DNA of 64,000 nucleotides, taken from positions 124,372,001 to 124,436,000 of the forward strand of contig JBITNC010000001.1 of NCBI GenBank assembly GCA_050084985.1. Direction: 5' to 3'. Shown piece after piece: positions 26,401 to 39,589 of this stretch. The translations under genes were made by a program, and so were the position numbers. Position 1 is the stretch's first letter; each line of letters starts with the position of its first letter. Below the pieces are notes generated by a model, which saw only the letters and a program-made list of their open reading frames with translations, did no database searches and was not told the origin of the DNA. This DNA comes from Nageia nagi. Lineage: Eukaryota; Plantae; Pinophyta.

Positions 26401-29400
26401 AAATATTAGTCAAGAAATAGCATGGAGCATTAGATAGAATATGGATCAAATCATGAGGCATAACATAGAGCAAAGTCATAGGAAAAATATGAATCATAGG
26501 ATTAGGTGGAGCATGGATAAGAGGATTAAGTAAAACATTAATTGGAACATTGAGTAAAGGATTAGGTGAAACATAATCCTCTTCAAACCCAAAATATGTT
26601 GGATACTTTCCTATCATTGCTAATTTGTGCCCTCACATTTGAATGATGATCTCCATTTATAGTTATTTGGAATGAATCAAGTAGATATGGAATAGTAAAA
26701 AAATTAATGTTGATAGTAATGCCACCATAGATTTGTTATGAAAATAAAATCTTCACTACAATATTTATCAATTGATTTCCTTAGAACATGATGCATCATC
26801 ATACTACATGTCTAAGTACCATTAATGTAGGTGGTAAGGTCACCATAGATATCTACAAAAAAATGGTGACATGAAAATTTCTAGGCATCATTAATGCAAG
26901 TGGTAAGATCACTACATAATTCTATGTTAATTAATTATAAATATATCAATGAAACAAAAATTTAATCATTCAATAATTATTTATCACATATACATGGTTA
27001 CGAAGTTTTATTATTCTCATATATAAAAAAAAGGAGACTATTATAAACCATAGCATTATATAATATGGTTTATAATAGTCAAGATTTACAAATTAAATGG
27101 CCATTAATTGATAAATATATTGAAAATGATAAAATAAATATCAATTATCAACAATACTATTACATGGAAGGTAATATTATTGTCTACATAAAGAACATCT
27201 ATCAATAAGCTTGTGGTCATCGTAACAAAGCAACTTTAATTCATAAATATGGATACAAACTTTCCAACAATATAGCATTAATCTTTAAAAAAAGAATAAA
27301 AATTTTAATATGGAAGTGAAAAGGTGGCACATATTAAGTTTCACTCTTAAAAATATAATTCTACTTTTACCAAGTATAAAACTAATTATCACATAGCCAA
27401 AGTGTGATATTGAGATACATAAGTTAAGACTTAAAAAAATTAACTTTGGTTTTATCAACATGATTTTATTTTAAAAAAAATAGGTTAATTAATACTTGAT
27501 ACACATCAAATAATTATTACACGAAAAATATCTCGTAATATCCTTTAAATACTACTTATATCTTTATGGTCGTAATATTTAGTTTATCCATAATCATAGA
27601 TCAATAATCATAAATGTTTGAAAGCTAGAAAAGAAGGTTCATTTTCTTTGAAAGAAATACTTTGCTTAAAAAGTAGTTATCAACTTTTTTCTACAAAAAA
27701 AGGCACTCATAGAAAGCACTTTATCTTTTAATATTTGAATAAATAGTCATGTGAAAAAAAAACACATGCACTAGACAAAAGATAAGGGAAAGATATTTAT
27801 ATATTTTTACTTTTAATTTAATGCATAGCTTTATTAATGAGCTACACCTCAAATCTTATGAGGAACATAAGTGGTGGGCAACACAAGTAGAACCCGTACA
27901 AAGTGGTGGGCCATAATTTAAAGTGGAACCTACAAAGTTTTTTTGATAAAAACTCTAATATCATCCAAACTATCATCCTTTTTCATTTTTTTTAATAATA
28001 ACACCAAAATATATTTATTTATAATAATATCCAAAAATATTTCTCTTTTTCCCTTTTTTTGATTTAAAAAAAAATAACTCCTCTAAAAAATATAAACTCC
28101 CCTCTATTTTAATAATAGAGGAAAAAATGACCATTGTTATGTCTCTAATAATTTTTCAAGGAATAAAATAATCAATATAATAGAACTAGGAGTCAAAAAA
28201 TAGGAGATAAATAAGTTATACTTCTCACCAAAGATAATTACCATCCACCCACTACCTGTAAAGAATTATTATAAAATTTCACTATTTTACTAAGTACATT
28301 AATCATGAGGGGAAAGCGAGGACTATAAAAAATAAACTAAAGCATGGAAAATGGGGAAAAAATGAATGATAAATTAGAAGGAGGCCAATGCCACAAAATG
28401 TACAAGGGAGAGAGGAGATGGCCATAATAAGAAAGGAAGCCATGATGGAGGGAGGTAGGAGTCATAGTATACTTGGTTGTTCCACCTACCTCACCTCGAG
28501 TGATAGTTAATCAGGGATGGAATCAATGGTGTAGGTGCATGGTGCTCTATATTGAGAATGCATAGAGGGTTGTTGATTGATCTACACTAAGGAAGTTCCA
28601 TTTATCATTAGAGGAAGTATCCATTCATCCCTTTAAAGAAAATGTAGGCTTGGCACATTTTTTAGGGTATCATGACCTCTTAGGGATGCTTGCATCCCTT
28701 CATAGAGATACATCCCCCTTGAGAGGATTGTACCTCCTTTGGGGTTAATGGGCCCCTATGGAGAGTTTGTACCCCCTCCATTGGGTGGTGACCCCCACAA
28801 GGTGGACTGCACCCCTTTAGGGGTTGGCAGCTCTTATGGGAGTTCATGCACCCTATTGGGGTTAGTGTGGCCCCTCTTAAGTAGGCCCACCTCCCCTCTT
28901 GAGGTGGCATGACCTCATGGATTAGTATGCACCCCCTTTGGGTTTTGCACCCCCTCAAGTGCCCTGCTTTTTAAAAAAGAAAAAATATATATTAAAAAAT
29001 TATGTTTAAAAAATAAATAATATTTTCTTCTATTTTTTTATATACATAAATGTAAATAATTATGTATTCAAGAATAAAATTATTCAATCCCTTTTTTTAT
29101 TTTTGTGTAAAAAATATAATATTGTATAAAAATTATATAATAAATAATAGTAATTTATTATTTATATAAAATAATAAATATATTTTTTGATATATATATA
29201 AAAGATGTGCACAAAACATTAATGCTTCTAATTTATTTTTTGAAAAGAAAAATTACAATATTCATTGTAATGTAAACAAAGTCTTGTACATTTGTAACAA
29301 AAATAAATAAATATATTTTACAAAGCCTTTTTTTGTAAATATATATATATTTAAATAGCCATAGGTTAACAATTTTTGTAAAGTTCAAATTGTAAAATAA

Positions 29401-29903
29401 ATTTACAATTTTTCATTAAAAAATTAACATATTTTATATATGAAATAAAATTTTATAAAGAATTAGTTATATTGTAAAAAAAATAGGAAATTTTTAACTT
29501 GTAAAAATAATTGCAAAAACTTTACAACATAATAAATATAGCAAATAATGTTAGGAACTAAAAATACATAAAATTCAATACTAACCCTTTAGAAAAAAAG
29601 GTTAATCTCAAAAAAGAGAATGTTAGCATCAAAAATAGTTAGAGAGTATTAACATCCTTCCTAATTTGTAAGTTATTCTTACATCAAGAAGCTATTTTAA
29701 CACAATATACAAGCTTAAAGCTTAATTTTAATAAAAAAAAATAGCTTGTGTACAAAATTAAAAACAAAAAGATTTTAAAAGAGCTAATTTTTAACAAAAT
29801 AATTGCAAAAAAATATAACTTACAAAATATAAGAGAGTGAGAAGAAAATTTATACCTCAATATGGTTTTATCTCACAAGATGAATGGAAAATCTCTAAGG
29901 AAA

Positions 29904-29915
29904 GCTCTAATACCA
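29904..29915 (-). other. Primer binding site (tRNA-iMet)
   Basis: GCTCTAATACCA is the reverse complement of TGGTATTAGAGC, one mismatch from the canonical TGGTATCAGAGC, 2 nt from the LTR. Confidence 0.9.
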
Positions 29916-29917
29916 AA

Positions 29918-30424
29918 TGAAGAAGATAAAGTAGTCTATTATCTCCACCAAAAATCACCTTGTATGGAATCTTCCACTAATCTTAAGAACAAATTGATCA
30001 TTCACATAAGATAACTCAAATATTTATAGTGGTTCCTTAAATTATGGGATTACATCCACTTGAACCATCTCAAATTCTATTATCTCAAGAACTTTAGCTC
30101 TCTCTACAACTAGAAGTGTATTCAAGCTTCCTACAAGATCAAGTTTTTCTCATACTACAAGCAAGAGAGTATTTTCCATAAGTGTATATTAAAATAAGCC
30201 CAGGCCCTCTATTTATAGGTTAAAACCTCACCTTAACTTATTTTTTTTAATTCACATGGGGTTAGAATGGAAAAGTTTCATGCTTGAGTGTAGGTCAAAA
30301 TCTTCCACTATTTAATTACTTTTAAGTATTAAGTGATAAAATAGGGAGTTACATAACAGGAGTATTAATACTTAGATACCATATAAATGCTAACTTACGC
30401 AATAATACATTATATTTTATAACA
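29918..30424 (-). repeat. 5' LTR (507 bp)
   Basis: Co-linear with 22958-23468; adjacent to the PBS. Confidence 0.92.
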
Positions 30425-30895
30425 AAATATATAATAAAGTAACATTTTGATAAAAGTTAGGATCATTGCATTTGTAATTATATATACTTTTTCATTCACA
30501 AAGTTATGATATGTAGAAATTGTATAATTCATATCATGGAAAGATTATTAATTATTGCAAGTTAAAATTTATCTTTAGTTGTGTTATTTTCTTGATCATA
30601 ATATGATCTTAATACACATATGAAAGAGGACCATTTGGAGTTTATCACATTTCAAAAGTGTTGTTTGAAGTTTGATATATAAAAAACGTTGTAAGGGAAG
30701 CATCCTAATGAAGCAATGTAAAACTTCAAGAGAAGTAATGAAAGGCAAACCATCATTTAAGAGTGGATATACCCTAAAGTGAGAGTAACCAATATAATTT
30801 ATGTATTTGATCATTTTACATATATTTTTTCATTTAAATTCTATTTCTTGTAGTATGTTACTACTTTGTGTATGCATAAGAATCTTTTGATTACT

Positions 30896-31382
30896 ATGAA
30901 TGGTGTCTCCATTATCATATAGTTTTGTATAAATAAAAATGTGAAATATGGGATGATGATTCCTAACATATATACAAATGCAATTGATTGATAGTAAGTT
31001 CTTATTTTATCATTGGTATTAATATGCTTTATGAGATTTATAGTAACTATTGTTATGATAAAAGTACACCAAGATTGAAGTTATAAACGTTGAGTATGTG
31101 CCAAAGAAAATTTGAATAAATATAATTCATTCATAAAGCTACATGAATGGTGTCTCCATTATCATATACTTTTGTATAATTAAAAATGTGAAATATGGTA
31201 TGATGATTCCTAACATATATACAAATGCAACTGATTGATATTAAGTTCTTATTTTGGCATTGGTATTAATATGCTTATGAGATTTACAGTAATTATTGTT
31301 ATAATAAAAGTACACCAAGATTGAAGTTATAAACATTGAGTATGTGCCAAAGAAAATTTGAATAAATATAATTCATTCATAA
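30896..31382. repeat. Recent 247-bp tandem duplication (2 copies)
   Basis: ATGAATGGTGTCTCCATTATCATATA at 30896 and 31143; copies nearly identical. Confidence 0.95.
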
Positions 31383-32074
31383 GTTTATAATTATGAATAT
31401 GATGGATGGTGCAAGTTTTGTTGGTATTCTATATAATATCATTATAACAATTCATGTGTTGTAATAGTGTTGCCAAAAATAGTGTATTTATACTTGACTG
31501 ATTAATCTCAATAATGATATTTATTGTTGCATTATATATATGTTTAGCTTTAAATGAGCACATGATCAAAAGATCTTATAATATTTTTTTTTTTAAATAT
31601 TGCCAATAAATCATATTAATGAACTACAACTAGAATGTAATGGGAAATATATATTCTAAGCATGTTTGCTAATTCAAAAACTAATTTATGGTCATGATGT
31701 GGATGTAACAATATACCTATTAGTTTAAATATGAATATTATAAAAGATATTTTATGATCGCATATCCCAACATTTACTTATGATAGTTGTTTATTTTCAA
31801 TATTTTAATTATCGACGTGTACCAACTTGTAAGGTGTACCATCACACTTTTGTAAGGTGAATCACCATTTTGTAATGAACCACTAATTAGGGTTAGGGTA
31901 GCATTATTATAAATATTTATAATAAGGGAAGAGAGATAATATTGGAAAATATATTATCTTTTGAGATGTAAGGAGGAAGCCCCTAAAAGAGTCTAGAGAT
32001 TTAAATATTATCATTTAGAGATCTATCCCATTATGCTTATTTTTGTATCTTGATAATTTTGATATATAGCACCT

Positions 32075-32575
32075 ATAAATTTTAGTTTCTAGAAATAGAA
32101 GTTTTTAAAAATTATAATATGATTGATATAAGAAGATCTCAAGACTATGATAAATTGATAGAATATTACTTTTTCTTGAACCTAATCCTAGGTATAGAAG
32201 GTCAACATTACCTCATTTTATCTTGATCAAGATGTTATTCAATGATACTAATGATTTGAGAAGATAAATGGCATCCCTTCTTGGGGTAAATTCACCAAAT
32301 GCCTCTTGGTTTGATTTTTCCTAAGCGATTTTGAATATTTTATCGAAGCTCTAAGAAAAATCCACCAAATATCAATTGTAAAAGAATACTAGACTCAGTT
32401 TGAAAAATTGACTGATTGCATTGAAGGATTAGATGAATCCTTTTCCAAAAGTTATTTCATTAGTGGGGTTTAAAGAAAAGATTCACATGGAAGTTAATAT
32501 GTTCAATCTTAATATATGATGATAATTATTGGGCTCACTAAATTGGCTGAAGATAATTTCACTTCTCAACATAAG
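32075..32575 (+). pseudogene. Ty3/gypsy (chromovirus-like) gag remnant
   Basis: LDQDVIQ*Y**FEK..PSWGKFTKCLLV*F..SDFEYFIEALRKIHQISIVKEY*TQFEKL..IEGLDESF.KSYFISG..IHMEVNMF resembles the retrotransposon gag domain. Confidence 0.75.
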
Positions 32576-32736
32576 TAGGTAAAACAACCATTTAGAAAAT
32601 TATAAAATTCTTAATTTGATCCAAAAACAAATCACCCATGATGCCAATTATGATACTATATCCAACTATTAAATTATTTTAGTTTGTTCTAATCTTGATG
32701 TAAAAATTTATGGGTATTTTTTAAAAAATACAGTAG

Positions 32737-33707
32737 TTTAGGGTTTAAGGTTTATATTTTTAAGTTTTTAAGGATTTAGAGTTTTAGGGTTTTAAGGTTT
32801 TAGGGATGAAAGGTTTAAGGGTTTAGTATTTTATGGTTTTAGGTGTTTAGGGTTTCAGATTTTAGGATTCAAGGGTTTAAGGTTTTATGCTTTTATGGGT
32901 TCAAGATTTTATGATTTTAGGGTTTAAGATTTAGGGTTTTATGGGTTTAGGATTTAAAGGTTTAGAGTTTTTGAATTTAGGATTTTAGGGGTTTAGGATT
33001 TAAGGTTTAGGTTTTTAGGATTTATGATTTAGGTTTAGGGTTTTATGATTTTTAGTTTTAAGGTTTAAGGTTTTAGGGTTTGGGGTTTTAGGGATTTTAG
33101 ATTTTGGATTTTGGATTTATGGTTTACCAAGGTTTAGGATTTTAAGTATTTAGGATTTAGTGTTTGGTAGGTTTAGGGTTTTAAGGTTTAGGATTTAGGG
33201 TATAATTGGGTTTAGGGTTCTAGGGGTCTAGGATTTTAGGGTTTAGGGTTTTAGCTTTTAGCATTTTAGGGGTTTAAAGTTTAGTATTTACGATTTAAGG
33301 TTTTAGGGATTTAGGTTTTAGGATTATAGGTTTAGGGGCTTAGGGATTATGATTAAAATTAAGGGTTCTTAGGCTTAAGGTTTCATGAGTTTAGGGTTGA
33401 TGGTTTTAAGGGTTTAGGTTTTAGGGTTTTAGGGGTTTAAGGTTTAAGTTTTTAAGGGTTTAGGGTTTTAGATGTTTGGGGTTTATTATTTTAGGGTTTT
33501 AGGCTTTAAGGTTTAGCATTTAGTATTTGATAGTTATTATTTAGGATTTTAGAGGTTTAGGCTTTAGGTTTTATGGGTTTAGGTATTATGATTTTTTTTA
33601 GGGTTATAAGGTTTAGGGTTTAGTATTTAAGGGGTTTAGGTTTGAAGAGTTTAGTTTATTAGATTTTTAAGGGTTTAAGGTTTAAGGGGTTTAAGGTTTT
33701 AGGGTTT
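32737..33707 (+). repeat. Degenerate interstitial telomere-like array (TTTAGGG and variants)
   Basis: About 970 bp of TTTAGGG/TTTAAGG/TTTTAGG/TTTATGG units, with almost no C on the plus strand. Confidence 0.92.
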
Positions 33708-33954
33708 AATTTTAAATGTATTAATTTTAAATACATTAAATGTATTAATAAAATGTATTTAAAATTTTAAAGAAATCTTTAAAAATATTTTATAATAAAA
33801 AAAAGTAGTAGGTATGTCATAATGGTACATAAGTGCATATAAAATTGAAGTAACTTATTTAAATTCAAAATTATAATATATTGATGGTTATATATATTAT
33901 GTATCATAGGATAACATTAAAGCATATATTTTTAGTTTAAAAATACAATATCTA

Positions 33955-35237
33955 ACTATCTTCTTCATCAATAGGATGTACAATATGTTTTCCTCTTGGA
34001 TCATAAGTAATTACAAACCATCATTTCTTATTCAATATATCTAGAGTAAAAAATATTTTACTACAATGTTGTGGTAAAATATAAGGCTCTTTATCTTTGG
34101 TTAAATATCATATGGATTCCATAACACAATAACTATTAGGCCCATCATATAAGGTTGTTCTTCTATTAAAACCTTCAAACCATTTACATTTAAATACTAC
34201 ACACTAGATTGATCTATAATCCAATTGAATAATTTCTTGATTTTTTTCTATACATTATAATTTTTCTTCTATCTATTTTGTATCTTTTGTACTTTCATTA
34301 CTTGCTTGGTCAAATTCAACCATCACTTCATAATTAAATATTCTTATTTCATCATTCTTTTCAATTCTAAAGTGTTGACCATATCCCCACATTGCAAGGA
34401 AATACAATACCTACATATATTTACATAAAAATGTAATTAGTGTAATCACTATATTTCTATTAATTAGCCATGAAAGTCTTATAAAAAATTTTAAAAAATA
34501 TATGCAAATTAATAAAATAATAATTACTATTTTATTACATACAATAGCTATGTTATGCATCTTCATCTATCATTTCTCCTCTTCTTTGTTTCTCTTCAAT
34601 TACTTACTTCATCCATAACCTTGTACACTCCTTTGGCCAAATTTCCTCTCTTAGATATGAAGGTAGAGGACCCCTTAGATTTACACTTCGAAACAAGGTA
34701 CATTCTCTTTGAATTGTACTTTTTTTTACTATTGTACAATTCAATCCCTCTTTTTCACATTCCATATTCATCATGATAAATTGGTTTATAGATTCATATT
34801 TATCATAATTTGTAAAATCATGATATTATAATATATACTCATTAGTAATAATTGATTAAATTAAATCCAAAAATGCATGTCCATATATATTATTACAAAT
34901 TACTAAAATATCAAATATTGTTATATGTACCTATAAGACAATATATTGTCCCATTTATTTCTAAAACATCCCCTTATGATTTGTTTGATTCATTTTCATT
35001 ACATATCCTTGGGGTAAAATTATGGATAATTTGATAAATATATTGACTTGCATAAAATTTAGATTCATATACAATGTATCCCTCACCTATAGATCATTTT
35101 GGTCATGATATTTATCTAAAAAATATTTCTATTACTTTTGAAAATCTTTTCACAAATATTATGTTTCTACCACTTATAACATATGTGATTTCAATATGAT
35201 CTACTAGATGGATCAACAAGTGTGCTTGTATATCCAT
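33955..35237 (-). pseudogene. CACTA (En/Spm) TnpD/TNP2-like transposase 3' exons (DUF4218, DUF4216-like)
   Basis: Minus strand: MDIQAHLLIHLVDHIEI...SIGEGYIVYES; MWGYGQHFRIE; QEIIQLDYRSI*CVVFKCKWF; KEPYILPQHCSKIFF...WFVITYDPR. Confidence 0.85.
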
Positions 35238-37460
35238 TATAGACAACTAAAAATGATTTATTATTTATTTAATAAATAATATTATAGACTTCTCTAAATA
35301 TTAAAATCAATATTATAAATATCAAGATAAAGTTGATATTACAATGTAATACCATGTGTTAAATTAAATACAACATTATTTATCATGGTTCATATTTCAA
35401 AATATCTTGAGTACAATAAAGATTATATTATTGTCATAATTCAGCTTTCACTCCTTTCTATTTCTCATAGGTTATAAATGGAGGGGTTGGAGGTTGATAT
35501 CAGTATCAAATATCTATGATAGATAGTTATCTCATATATCATACTTTCAGTATCTCAAGATGCCACTTATTCAAAGTTCTATTATGCTTTGAGATTTTAT
35601 TACATGCTATACTTTATGTATGATGTAATTTTGTAATTTTTATGTAATCAATTTCATAGGGCTCACACACAACCCACTCTATGATTCTTTATGATCCATA
35701 GTTACATATAAAGAGGGAAATGAACATATATCTAGCCAATTGAATATATTTTACAAGTTCATCCCTATCTGATCTAGTCCTCTATGTATTCCTTTCCATA
35801 CCTTAAGTATTTTCTTATCATAAATAGGTGCACACTTTTCATTTATTAATCATTATATTTGAATAAGTTTCATATTCAATAGGCTTATTTACGTTTATAT
35901 TTTTATTTGCATAATTTAGGATCTACATTTCTAGTGAACTTGATAGTTACTACACACCTAGATTTTCCATCTGGTGTATCCTTCTTTAGAGATTCATGAA
36001 TCCTTTTATGCTACTATTTCTTCCTTTACTAGATGTAGTTCGAGTAGTAACCTATCAAAATAATAGAACCAAGATTTTTTTAGCCTATATCCTAAAAATG
36101 TTCTTCATCGATGAACCACCTAGGGTTTCAAGAGAGAAGGTTCATTTTGAGGAAATTACAAGAAGTACTAGGATTAATCCTAATATGCCCCCTAAATTCT
36201 ATGAACCTTATCCACATGATAGAATAGCAACTGATGAAGAAGATTTTAAATTCATTAATTTTAGTTATCAAATGAACATCATTGGCCTAATAAGTTTAAT
36301 GTTAACTTTGATGATGATTATTTTAAAAGTGTAAATCAAGAAATCATTATTGGTACATATGTACATGAATTTAAAAGTGATGATCTAGATGTTATTCCTA
36401 CAAATATTAAATATGTAAGGTAACTAATATCTTACATTGATAGAATGAAATATTTTGTTACTAACCATTCTAAAGCTATTATGAATATTTTGATAAAACA
36501 TAAATTATTAGAGTCAAAACCTTGAACTTTACTTTCATCATATTCTTTATTTCAATTTGAGAATGCAGGTTTTCTAAAATCCACTCCACAACCTATAGCT
36601 TTATCTTCTCCTCAAAATATCATAGTCCCTATTTGCAATGTTCCTCCATAGTCCCCACTAGCAAACCCTCAAACTAGTCAACCTATAATTCCATCTCTAG
36701 TTTGACAACCCATAGTTTCACCTCAACCATAATAGCCTATTTTCTAATCCTTAATTGCACAACACGCTCTTGTGACTCATCCTAATTCTAACTCTTGACA
36801 TAAAGAAAGAATTGGTAAAATTGGAAACATATTTTATAATTATGATGTTGATTTCTTATCTTATTTAAAATGTCCTTTGAGTAATAGAATTACTTGTAAA
36901 GTTTTCGCTAGTAGAAAAAGTATAAAATTTATAAAATTTGATGGTTTTTAAGATTAAAAAATGTACATTATAAAGTTCCAAGGAGAATCTATTAATTTCT
37001 TCATGATCATGATATGCTTGCTAAATTATTTTCAAGTAGTTTGAAATATGATATATTGAATGGTGTTTTTCTCTTCCTAAAAAAAGTATTGACAAATATG
37101 AAGATGTTGTCTTGCAATTTATTACTAGTTTCAAATATAACATTCAAGATACAAATAAATTCAAAGATTTATGTAAAGTTAAATAAGTAAATGGACAATA
37201 TTTAGCTAATTTTGTGAAAATGTAGAAGAAATTTATTAATAGAGTTACTACTACTGAACAAGATTTAAAAGATACTTTTGTAGCTAGTTTATTACCAATG
37301 TTCAAATTAAAGGTACTTGATCATGATGATATCTATTTGGGAAATATTATTGGAAAATTACTTAAAAAGGATCCTTGTATCTTGCAAAATTATAAAGAGC
37401 TTCAAAAATTCAACAATTCAAAGACTTGTAAAGAGTTACATATTGATTGGATGACCTTTT
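35238..37460 (+). mobile_element. Truncated Tat-like gypsy element: 5' LTR (35238-35927) plus gag remnant
   Basis: LTR TATAGAC (from TGTAGAC)...ATCTACA; gag-like KFDG...HDHDMLAKLFSSSLK...SLPKKSIDKYEDVVLQFITSFKYNI at ~36930-37230; no pol or 3' LTR seen. Confidence 0.8.
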
Positions 37461-38568
37461 AATATTTGGTTCATATTCCTCAATAGATTTCTAATGCAAT
37501 AATTTTGAAGAGTTAAACTTAGTTGTAGAGTGGTAGACATAGATACTTAAATGTTATTTGTAATTAGAATTGTTATATTAGTGTGTGTACTTAATAACTT
37601 AAGGGTAATTGTTATTTTCTTTCTATGGTAACAAAGAATTTATATTTTATCTTCCTCTTTTGCATCATGTAGAATGAATCTCTTATATGAAATATTACTA
37701 GTTACTTTTAACAATAGGGTAATTGCAAGAAAATGGGTTCAATTTATGGTTTAAAAATGGATATTTTTTCTTTGATTTTTAGTCTTATCATAATTAATCT
37801 TAAAATTTGAAGTACTTAGAGATGAAATCTTGAAAAGGTTACTTTAATAAAAATGTAGTGCTCAAGTTTAGTTTTCAAATATGTAATCTATTCCAATACC
37901 CATATGATAGAAATTACATTTTGATAGGAATGTATAAAAACCACTATTTAAAAATTACATTTTTCAAGATCATACCAATTATTGTTAGGCCCACATAATT
38001 TGATCTAAATTAAAGTATTTTTTAAAATCCTTTTGGGAAAATATAGTTAAGACATTGAAGAGTGTTGAGAATATTTTTCATAATTTTTTTATGAAAATTT
38101 TTTAATTAATTTTTTATTGGTCCTAATTACATTTTTTAGTAGTACTTTTGTTGGGCCAGGATAACTCAATCAAAAGTTATCCTTTTGCAGATTTATTTTT
38201 TATTTAGTAGAGAATTATGTGTATAATGTTTTCACATAATTTTTTCATATTTTAAAAAATAAAAAATTTATTCAAAAAATAAGATAACCTACTTTTTCAA
38301 GTTTATGGACAAGTTTGATTGAAAAAATTATAATCCATTTGTTAAAAAATTACATATTTGAAATATACACTGTCTCATCTATAAAGGTATTTAATTTTGT
38401 AAATAAATTCTATAAAAAAAAATTATCAAATACATGCTAAAAGTCAATTTTTTTCATTTCCATTGATAGGAACTTGCATGTGCATGTCCAAGGCTAAGGA
38501 TTGGCTTGCCATGCCTCTCCCAAGCCAAAATATAAGGCAAACCCTAAGGGAAGTGGATTTTAAAATTG

Positions 38569-38857
38569 GAACAAGCTCTTGTTATATTTCTCAATACAAA
38601 CATGATCTTGTTATGTATCAAGATCTCATTATTTAAAGTACAATGAATCCATGTGAAAAGGAATGAGATCTCATTTTGTATGAATTTATAGTTTTTTAAA
38701 ATGGGATCCCATTTTGTATAAAATGGAATCCTATTTTCAAAATAGGATCTTGTTTTATTTAGGTTCTTGAACCATTTATCAAGATCTTATTTTTGTTTTC
38801 GCTTCAAAACCCAAAATAAAATGAGATTTCAATTTTTACAACATGGGATCTTGTTTA
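38569..38857. repeat. Cluster of about 10 degenerate GATC-centred palindromes
   Basis: Perfect AATGAGATCTCATT (38662-38675) and AAAATGGGATCCCATTTT (38698-38715) plus variants. Confidence 0.8.
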
Positions 38858-39589
38858 TCTAAAATTTGTTTGAGTCTATCCATGTCTACTTTTAGTGGAT
38901 CCAACTTCTTGCATACACCTAATAGAGATACTTTCTCTAATTCTATCTAAAATTTGTGTATTTTTTAGTGTTTTTTATCTCCCACAATAAGAGTATAAAC
39001 ATATTTATCAATCTCAATCCAACTACATCTATGTAATTTTTGTATGCCTCTATCTTTTATTATTTTCTAAATACTTTTAAATTTATGCCGCATACCATAC
39101 ATAACATGGATATCTGAAAAAGCATGTAAGGTAAAGAATTATGGGTGTCTAATTCTAAAATTTGTAATTAAAAATTCTACTGACTCTAGATTATTCTATA
39201 TTGTAGCACCAATTAAACAAATTCACATAACAATATCATATTTTATTTTTATAATGTTGATAAAATATTTTTCTTCATCTAGGTATCCAACATGGTCAAA
39301 AAGGTCAACCATGTATATATAATGTTCTATTTTAAGTGTGATATGATAATATTCACTCATGGAATCGAATTATTGATAGTCCTTATCCACTAGATATACC
39401 TAACTTCATGTAGATAAACACACTAATTAACATGTCATGGTTCAATTTGATGCCCAATAATTCTATTTGTTCAAATACTTTGATGGATTTCTTATTACAA
39501 CCATATATGGAAGATGCAATAATTTATGCAGTCTATTATCTTATATCTCTATAATGTATTTTATCTAATAGTACATGATCCTCTTATAT

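Larger units (their letters stand above)
22958..30424 (-). mobile_element. LTR retroelement with tRNA-iMet PBS and no recognisable gag-pol (non-autonomous, probably copia-derived)
   Basis: LTRs 22958-23468 and 29918-30424 (TGAAG...TAACA); TSD AAATT/AAATA; PBS on the minus strand at 29904-29915; PPT (CTCCTCTT on plus) right after 23468. Confidence 0.88.

Noticed and set aside
28680-28958. 92-aa G/P/C-rich ORF
   Set aside because: Explained by the GC-rich repeat array; no evidence of coding
32737-33707. True chromosome end
   Set aside because: Highly degenerate and followed by 30 kb of ordinary sequence
38569-38857. CRISPR-like repeat-spacer appearance
   Set aside because: Eukaryotic context, degenerate repeats, irregular short spacers, no cas genes
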